A DNA stretch of 64,000 nucleotides from Eledone cirrhosa (lineage: Eukaryota), in assembly GCA_964016885.1 (NCBI GenBank), contig OZ024743.1:224750001-224814000 (forward strand), given 5' to 3'. Under the pieces are notes generated by a model, which searched no databases, was not told where the DNA came from, and saw only the letters and a list, made by a program, of their open reading frames with translations. Position 1 is the stretch's first letter, and each line of letters starts with the position of its first letter. A program made the translations under genes and the position numbers. Shown here one piece after another: positions 54,902 through 64,000 of the stretch.

Positions 54902-54944
<43 letters not shown>
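51173..54944 (+). mobile_element. CR1-group LINE: ORF1 remnant, APE endonuclease and RT, disrupted
   Basis: LNAHSLCNK, TETW, GGGV, YHPP, GDFN, RGDNTLDL, GDSDH; KGDRTSPVNYRPVSL, GVPQGSVLG, YADDIK; (att)n tail; possible 6-bp TSD tatcag at 51167-51172 and 54945-54950. Confidence 0.92.
53860..54206 (+). mobile_element. Family B SINE nested in the CR1 RT
   Basis: A and B boxes, (tga)n tail, 10-bp TSD gatgaagcac; removing it restores LRWMKHVSKIVKKA. Confidence 0.92.
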
Positions 54945-54947
<3 letters not shown>

Positions 54948-55698
54948 CAGCTTTCTCCAAACAACATTAACCACATATCTTAGAATATTTCATGTAAACT
55001 ATACAGAATTAAAATATGCTTTACAGAAAGGAACACTGAAAGGGGTGAAGTGAAAATAAGATTACAAAAAATGTCTTTTTGTGAATTTCACTATTTTTAT
55101 AAAATAAACAAAAAAAACAAAAAAACATCTCAAGTAATTTCCGGTTCATTATGGCAAACATAATTAAATTTACAATAACCCATTCTTTGCCAATTCAATA
55201 AATGTATAACTTCTGACCATTAGCATGCATGCACATGTGTGTATGTCTGTGTGTTTTCATAGGCGTGTGTCAGAGCATATGTATATGTGTGTGTGTATAT
55301 ATGTATGAATGTATGTATATATGTATGCATAAAAAAGGTACTCAATATGTTAGTAGAGTATAGGAATATTTATTTTATTATAGAAATGACTTTTGCAGGA
55401 CTAGAAATGTTTCATTTGTAAGAAATCATCAGGACAGTCCAGATGATTTCTTATGATAGTCCTGTAGAAGTCATTTCTATAATAATAATAATTGTTTCTA
55501 CTTTAGGCACAAGGCCAGCAATTTGAAGGGGAGTGGAAAGTCGATTAAATTGACCCCAGTGCATTACTGGTGCTTTATTTTATCCATTCCATAATGATGA
55601 AAGGCAAAGCTAACCTTGATGGAATTTGAACTCAGACCGAAAAGGACCATAACTCTATGTTGCAAAGCATGGCATCTGACACACTACCAATACTGCCC

Positions 55699-55740
<42 letters not shown>

Positions 55741-55809
55741 GCACACACACATATATCTGAATGCATATGTGTTTATGTATTTGTGTATGTGCTGCAAGTT
55801 AATTATCAG

Positions 55810-56560
55810 TAGATGGCTAATGTATGGCAGATATATCGATGGTTGCATCAATATTATCTCTCTCACCTGCTCCTATCCCAACAACTGTAAATTTTCTAGC
55901 CCCTATTCACAATTCATATGTCTTCACCACTTTTGAAGCAAAGACCAGGATTTTGGGACCCAGTTCCACTTTTTGCAGCATGGCTAACTACACAGGATTG
56001 TTGACAACACCCTTCTTGAAGCCTACAATGTTGATGGTACTTCAGCCCTTACACCCCACTCTTAACCACTTGTGCTTCTCTCTCAATTTCCATCCTAACA
56101 CGTTACTTTGCTTCTTCAATGATCCATTATACATACTTTCCATATACCATAAATGTTCCCTCTCTTCCTTTAAATGATCCTCTAAACTGCACGACCTCTT
56201 AGTCCACAGTTCTTCTAATCTTCTTTACACTCAATCCAGATCCTTCTCTTGTTCCTGAACCAATTCAACACATATCTCCTCAATGTTATCATCTTCCTTG
56301 GACTCAACCATCTCTGACCATTTGTATCACTAGAAATGTCAAATATTGTATTAAATGCCTTTTCTATGATCTAATATACATTGGAGAGACTGGCAACAGA
56401 TTAGGAGATCATTTCATTGAACATCTATGAGTCATTAACATAAATAACACCTCACAGGTTGCCTATCACTTTAACTCAGCTGCTCATGCTATTTTTTTAT
56501 CTCTCAGTCATCATAAGGCATTGATCTTTTATTTAAACACATCAGTACCTGACTTGTTCT
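55810..56560 (+). mobile_element. Decayed Penelope-like element (RT C-terminus plus GIY-YIG)
   Basis: SYPNNCKFSSPYSQF, KLHDLLVHS, YCIKC...IYIGETGNRLGDHFIEHL, VAYHFNSAAH. Confidence 0.75.
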
Positions 56561-59029
56561 TGAATTAAACAACTTTTATTAGACTCAGTGTTTAAATGAA
56601 ACATCTGCGACCTTACTATGTTCACCTAAACTAGGAACTATAATCATATATATATATATATATATACACATATTCACACACACTTCAATGAAAACAGAAG
56701 GCCGGATTCCAGATATTGTTTTAATGTTGCAAAAATCACAATATGTATTTCTATTGCCTGCTTACATCATTAGATCATAACATAAGACTCTTGGCACTGT
56801 CATGAGGTGTAAATTGCAATGATTAAGTAATCAATTACTGGATTATGGCAATCATAAACAGAGAATAGACTTGAATCAGAGATGGCACACCTTCCAATAT
56901 TAGTGCTGTGATGAACCACCTCTGAATGCCACACACTTGGCAATGCTAAGCATTATGGGTTCAGAGGCATGACCAAAAAGTGGGAATTCTATCATCCTCC
57001 GATAATGCTACACTATTAATCAGAACCATTTGTTTGTTGTTTAAAGAGGTCAGGGGGCGCTAAATATGGTGTGACAGCAGTCTCTGGCTGAAAACCAGTG
57101 TAGTGTGACAATGAATGCCTTAAAGGGGATAGATATTTTAAACTTTAAAGGATTAAAAAAGGGCGAAATCAGAGGTAAATAATTATGAGTACTTATAACA
57201 GTAAATAAATTAAGAAAAGTAAAGATAAAAATAAAGATTATAAAGAGCTGTGAAAAGCATCAAAAGTACAAAAGTATAAGGTTACGAAAAGTGGATAATT
57301 ATAACTCTCTCCTTCTTATAAATAAATTATATATATATATATGGTATAGTACACTTTTATGGAACAGTTTCTGAGCTAAGATCCTTGACACTTAGAAGTA
57401 CATTTCAGAAGCTGTGATATATTTAAAAAAAATAATCTTATACACATTGAAGATTATTTAATAGAACTTACACAGGTGCTTTCTGAAAATTTAACTTTGA
57501 ATAATTGAAGCTACTGAGTTACACGGTAGGGAAGGATAGTTCTAGAAAGTACATATAACTTAACATCCTGTATCACATGAAACCACATTAGCAAGATATT
57601 CTTAGATATTCTTGAAAAGCACAAAACAGCATCCTGGTTAGATTTCATTAAAAAATAGTCTTTTCTTTAATACTAAAAATTTTCAGAATGATCTGTTCAC
57701 TAGTAAAGTTAATATAAACTTTTGAATTAATAAACCTTTTATTTTAAATATTATCTGCTACGTGTTTACAGGATGTTAAGAAATAATCAATCGATGAAGT
57801 CAGAAAATGAAACACAGCATAGAATATGGGAAAGATAAAAGCAAAGACATAACAAATTGGTTGAATACCAACCAATGTGTTTGTCTTTATTTTTATTTAC
57901 AGTAATTTTGAAAATACTGTTTCTATAATAAAATCAATAACACACACACTAAATATTATTTAACCCTTAACATACTTAGAAAATACTACATCACATTACA
58001 AATTCAAGTTTTCACTCTAATACCTGAAATGTTCACAATCATCTGTCCACTAGTAAAGATACTATAGATATTTGAATTAACAAATCCATTTTTTATATTT
58101 TCTGCTGAATCATCATGGTATGTTAAGAGTTAAAGCAAGAAAAGTTTGAATAAAGAAAACAAAAACAACAGAAAAAGTGTTGAGACAATGACCTAACTAT
58201 ATACATAACATGCAACAATAACATTAAGAGACAAAACAGTATGAAAAGACAAAGCTGTGTTTACATGAAGCTACAACAGTGTCAGTGTAAAAATGACTAA
58301 AATTAAGTGCAAAGCAAAAATATACCCAGACTGAAGCTGAGTCGCAAACAAACCAGATTGAGCTTGAGTAGTCAGCAAGAGTGGTTGCAGTTTATATTTT
58401 CTTGAAATTCATTTCTCGACTGTCTTTCATGAACTTAGAGGTAAAATAGTTTTATGGAAGTTTGGTGTATGATAAAGAAAAAGAACAGATTATCAGTTTG
58501 GACCAAGGACAGAATGTCTCCATTAGTCTTCCCATTGTTGATATTATCTGCTGGTGGTAACTCCTGGCAGAAGGCACAATGTGAAATAAAGTATTTTGTT
58601 TAAGAAAAATGTGCTATCTGGTCCAGGAATTGAACTCATGATCTTATGATTGTGAGCTCAATATCCTAACCATAAGGACACGACAAGGTTACAAAACAAA
58701 TTCCACCAGAGTACTTAAATGAAGATTGAAACATCAGGTGTTGTCATTGGTTTACACAATTGATTAAATGACATAGCTTCCATTAAATTATAAATTCACT
58801 TCAACACACTTTTCTTAACATACACATTCACATTCTCATACAAACATCCTATGTGCACTCACATATAGACAAAATTATCATCATCATCATTTATGGTCGT
58901 TTTCCATGCAGGCATGGATCAGGTGAGTTGAGAAAGTCCAAGACTAGACAAATTAGAGGGACAATGTCTTACTCACATGTTCCATTTGTGGCATGATTTC
59001 TACAGCTGGACCCTCTTCCTAATGCCACA

Positions 59030-59148
59030 AAAATGATACAGTCCCTATGTTCTCTAAGTGATCACCCACCGAAGAACTAACTAGGCTCAATATTGCTTAA
59101 TGTGATCAGATGAGAGCTGGTGTTTTGAATGCGATATGGCCATAAAGA
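59030..59148 (-). pseudogene. Full-length decayed 5S rRNA copy
   Basis: tatggccatatcgcattcaaaacaccagctctcatctgatcacattaagcaatattgagcctagttagttcttcggtgggtgatcacttagagaacatagggactgtatcattttt is collinear with metazoan 5S, including box A/C relics and a T run. Confidence 0.85.
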
Positions 59149-59215
59149 ATCATTGATGAGGTTGTTATTCCCATATACATAAAGCATATTGGATATCCTA
59201 TTAACAGATTATTAA

Positions 59216-59505
59216 GGTTCTTCTTCTTCTTCTTTGCCCACTTATTCCCAAGAGGGTCGTGGGAGCAGAGTCTTCAAACAGTCCTTCTAGTGGTCCCTGT
59301 CAGAAGCAACCGTCTCCAACTGATCAGCTAAGCTTATGGATGCTATCCAACCATCTTGCTTGGGATCTACCCCTGGATTTCCTGCTGGTTGGTTCAGCTC
59401 ATAAAATCTGTCCAGTGATTCTTTCCTGAGACATTCTAATCACATGCTCATAGTATCAGATCTGTGATTTCTCAATTCAGAGAAGTAGCAGCTCTACCTG
59501 GAGTG
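59216..59505 (-). mobile_element. Decayed RTE LINE 3' end with (aag)n tail
   Basis: IEKSQI*YYEHVIRMSQER...KSRGRSQARWLD...ASDRDH. Confidence 0.7.
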
Positions 59506-62500
59506 ACTATTAAGGTTGATGAACTTATTAGCTTACATGAAATGTTTTGGTTAAGTTATCCTAAGAAAATTATTGTTATATTGCTTTCATTGAGGGAAAT
59601 AAATTTATCATAGTAGAATGAATATTTTCACACAAGATGAATGAAAATATTACATGGTTTTATGTATAATATTACATTCAAAATTATAATGCTGCAATAT
59701 ATAAGGTATTGTTTATTTCCATTTCAGCATGGTGTAGTTCTGATTAATTCATTCTTTGTGAAAAATGCATTTATGCAGAAAGGAAGATCCTCACAATGTT
59801 GCCTCCTTTACTTGGAAGATATTTTTTGTTCATCCTTTCCTCTAACTTGTTTTAAATGGATGACTTAACAGGTATATAAAGAAAACAGATATATGAAGAA
59901 AATATACAGAAGGTGGTTTCTCCTCACAAAAATATTTTAAAACTGTTTTAAGAGTAGCAGAAAATTCACTTAAAACAACATAAACTGGAGTTATGATTAC
60001 CCCTTTGGCTATTGTGTTTTGGGAAAACTTTTGTAGTAGAAGCCAACTTCCAAAGAGAGAAAGAGAGATAATTGCAGCACCTGTAATCTGTGCATCAATG
60101 TGCATAGGATACTCACTTCATTAGATCCATCTTTTGTTAGAGCCTTTGTACTTAAAATAGGGGCTCTTTCTTGCCACAAGTCACTAATGTCAAAAATACT
60201 ACCACCATTGTCCCCATCACTACTAATTACCACAACCAAAACCATCACTATCATCAACAAGACCACAATCCCCCCCCCCCCCCCACCACCACCCCCACCA
60301 CCACCACCACCCTTACCAGCACAAGTCATGGATGGAATGCGTTTGATCTTGGAACTGCTCATCCAGCAAGGACAATTTGGGATCAGGGACAGATTAAGCT
60401 TATAAAGAGGCACTGACTGAATATTTAATTGGGGCCCTCACATCAAACTGATTATAATTTACTGATGTGTATATATTGGCCATTGTCTGCTATTCATACA
60501 GATGCAATTTGTATCAAATATGGTAACAGTGCTAACATATTATTTATGGTAGCAAAAACATGAATTTGAAGCCCTTTAAATATTGGTTTCTGATTTAGGC
60601 ATAAGGCCAACAATTTTGAGGAAGGGGAAAGTAGATTAAATCGACCCCAGTGCATTACTGGTACTTTATTTTATTGACCTTGTAAGGATGAAAGGCAAAG
60701 TTAACCCTGGCAGGATTTGAACTCATATCGTAAAAGGACGTAACTCTATGCCATAAAACGTCTGACACTCCATCCACCATTACAGTTACTATTTACTGCT
60801 ATACGAATGAACAGGGAGGAGGCATGGTCATAACTTGGGAGCTGGAGAAGTAGGATACATTAGAACGTGTAGCCTTACAAACATCTTCATCATCTGTATT
60901 ATTGCTTAACACACATTTTTCCATGCTAGCATAGGGTGGATGGGTTGTCACAGACAAATTCAGTGCTTGATCAGAGCCACTGCCTTTTTAGATGGGCAGA
61001 GGGCCATATCTTGCTTGCATAAATTCATATACTTTACAGAATGTATTGGGTGTATTTTATTGTAACATCAACTAGCTCTAGGGAAGTTATTTTGTCCTTG
61101 CCAAATCTGATGAGGCCTCTCATCCCTATGTATGGCTGGATGACCCCCTCCCCAATATCAACCACTTTAGAGAGTGCACACACACTATTTGAATAAAAGA
61201 TAGCATAGTCATAGCCACAATGCCTTTGATCATAGGTTTATTCAATCATTGCTGACCTGGGGCTATTCATCCAAACATTAAGAAGATAAAAAGCAAGAAA
61301 TAATACGAGCATAAGAATGAAACTATGACGTAACAAAATCTTTCAATTGAAGAAGAGAATTATAAAAAAAACCCTGCCACATTAGATGTATGTTGTGTTA
61401 GAACCTAAAGTCTATTATTAGATGGAATGGCAGTTTAATAATTAATAAAGACGATGATGGTGATGATGATAAAAAAAATGATATTAGTAATTACGTCGGT
61501 GATGATAACGAACATTAAAAATAGACTGTAATTACACAGACATCAGATTGTTTCTGTGATCTTAGTGAAAATTAATCTTTATATCTCAACAATGTATTTT
61601 ATTAAAAAAATAATGATAATAATAATAGAAATGTTATTGTTTCGCTTAAGTCATTCAAGCATGATGAAAAAAAAAATACTGACGTCAAATGAAATGAAAT
61701 ATTGACAATATTCACAGTGATGACGATGGTGATGACGACAGTGATGACGAAAGCAATGATAATGATTTTAGTATTCATTCACTGATGTTGAAAATCTCTG
61801 TAAGCATCTCCGGAGAGAGTGTAATCAGTTCTACAGTCTCTGTTTACACTTCACAATAGAATTAATGCCAAAATAGGATTGAATCAAATATATTTATAAA
61901 ACAGATATTTATAAGAATCAAATATATTTATATAAAGCAACAGCAGCAGCAGCACGAGCAGCAATAATGAGAATTGCAATGACAGGAGCAGCAGCAACAG
62001 CAGCAGCAGAAGACATGGCTGTAGCAGCAGCAGCAGCAATTGCAGTTGCTTCAGCATAAGGAGCTCATGTATTGATATTTTGGGGACAGAGAAATATTAA
62101 TTTCAGAGATAGACATACACACATATATATAGAGAATGATATATATATATATACATATATAAATAAATATATATATATATACATCATTCCCTACATATGT
62201 GTGTGTGTTTGTGTATATATATATATATATAATTTTGTATGTGAATGTATATGTGTGTAAGTATGCTTGTGTGTGTGGTGTATATATATATGTGCATGTC
62301 CGTGCATGTGTGTTTGTGTGTATATATATATATGTATGTATGTGTGTTGCTACTGCTGCTGTCATTGTGGTTGTTGATGTTATTGTTATTACAGTTGTTG
62401 TTATTGCCACTATAGACTGACATAAATACCAAACAGTACTTAATCCCACAACACCTTGCCAAATGGCTCCATATCCTGTTTTGAACTCTATCTGACAACA

Positions 62501-62996
62501 CTGGATTGTGGGTGCCTGGCTCACCCTTCTGGTCCTAACACACCCATACTCACACACACACATGTATATATATATATATAAACACCTCCAATTGGATACA
62601 AAAGCATAAATACACATACACAAAAATATATATACATACACACCAGAGTAGGCCTGCTTATGCACTCATACACTTACATATGCACACATCCACGCAAATT
62701 ATTACTGCTGATATTTGTATATACTAAACATTTCACCGATCACTACAAACAGTGCATTTTTTTTTGTTGAATCACTAGGCTGACAAGTAGATCAATACTG
62801 GAGTTGGGTTCATAATTTCTAAGGGTGACCTTGAGCCAATCCTCAGTGAAACACACCTAACATGCTGATACACAATAAAAACCTAAATAAATGGAAACGA
62901 AATATCATTGCTTTTCTTTATCATCATCATTTTACGTCCGATGATGATGATGATGATGATGATGATAAAGATAAACAATGATATTTTGTTTACATG

Positions 62997-63034
<38 letters not shown>

Positions 63035-63921
63035 CAGGGTGCGGGCGATATTTGTTCGCAATTTTCAACTGCTAATTTTATGCAAATTTTTTTTACTTCC
63101 GTTCTCTTCTAGTCATAAAAACAGTGACTATATTTCCATTATTTATTTTCAGAATAATTGATTATGAATAATTTTGAACCTCCAAATTTGTGAAAGAGAC
63201 AAGGAGTTCTTCTTGGAATCCGCGCCGAGAGGACAAATAAGACCAGAAGATCAACTCCCAGAACAGCAGGTGGCTCGCTGTCTCATCCAAAGACGTGCCC
63301 AGAGTCATGCAGACAAAGTTTCCAGTGACAACATTGGTCTTAGGTGTCGTCATCAGTCAAGGTGACGTCATGCCACCTCACTTCTTCCCTGAGGGCCTCA
63401 AGCTGAACACCGATGGCTACATCCGCGTTCTCAGTGAGGCAGTAAAGCCCTGGATCGACTAGGTAGCTCCAGATAGGCCGTACGTGTGACAGCAAGACTC
63501 AGCGCCCTGCCATACCAGCCGAAAGACCCAGGCCTGGCTGTCAGAGAACTTCATTGACCACACTTCACCTGACATCTGGCCTCCCAGCTCGCCTGACTGC
63601 AACCCCCTCGACTTCTTTGTGTGGGGCGCAGTGAAACGAGACACCAACAGATCTAGCTGCAATACGAAAGATGATCTGAAGGCCAGGATCACAAGTGCCT
63701 TTAGGGGCCTAAGTCGGAGGACAGTGACAAAAGCCTGTAGCCGGTTTCGAGACCGCCTTGAGGCCGTCATCAAGGCCAAAGGCGGATTTATCGAGTGAGA
63801 TCGAAAGAACAAGTCATGAAGACAAACTGACGCAAGTTTGATAAATATATCTTAAAAATAAAACTACTGTTTTATTTTTTCCTAGACAGTAATCTTGCGA
63901 ACAAATATCGTCCGCACCCTG
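63035..63921 (+). mobile_element. Internally deleted Tc1/mariner DD37D (maT) transposon
   Basis: TIR cagggtgcgg(g/a)cgatatttgttcgcaa at both ends, TA TSD; transposase C-half QQDSAPCH...WPPSSPDCNPLD with 37 residues between the two Asp; two in-frame stops. Confidence 0.9.
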
Positions 63922-63968
63922 TATATATATATACATATATATACATATACATATATATATATACACAC

Positions 63969-63999
<31 letters not shown>

Positions 64000-64000
64000 T

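Noticed and set aside
60009-60416. Poly-Pro/poly-Gly ORFs
   Set aside because: Arise from a C run and (CCA)n repeat; no domain similarity or splice frame.
50328-64000. Upstream PDE2A GAF-B exons
   Set aside because: No match to SLLYKKV...MMYHM or other GAF motifs found by eye; a candidate at 62456-62534 has a poor donor and no homology.

Overview
AT-rich eukaryotic DNA, probably from an octopod cephalopod (inferred from the SINE families and (TA)n load). It carries the 3' part of a minus-strand PDE2A-like cGMP-stimulated phosphodiesterase gene. I reconstructed 10 GT-AG exons by eye (50327 to 27784; 1059 nt, 352 aa plus TAG), in frame and with the catalytic motifs intact. The GAF-domain exons were not found and probably lie beyond 64000. 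The rest is intronic or downstream repeat DNA: RTE and CR1 LINE fragments, two SINE families, hAT, pogo/mariner and TTAA-type MITEs, a deleted DD37D (maT) transposon, minisatellites and long (TA)n belts. Most ORF-track entries are microsatellite artefacts. The most interesting signal is a set of Penelope-like (PLE) elements and short fold-back elements lodged in (TA)n tracts that carry minimal type I hammerhead ribozyme motifs. The largest has ~1-kb inverted arms inside a PDE2A intron, with a GIY-YIG C-terminus between the arms and a hammerhead in each arm. Several short palindromes have their symmetry axis on or next to hammerhead core elements. Also notable: a full-length 5S rRNA copy fused to an RTE-type 3' tail, and a candidate poison or alternative PDE2A exon. 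All structures were read by eye and none was computed.
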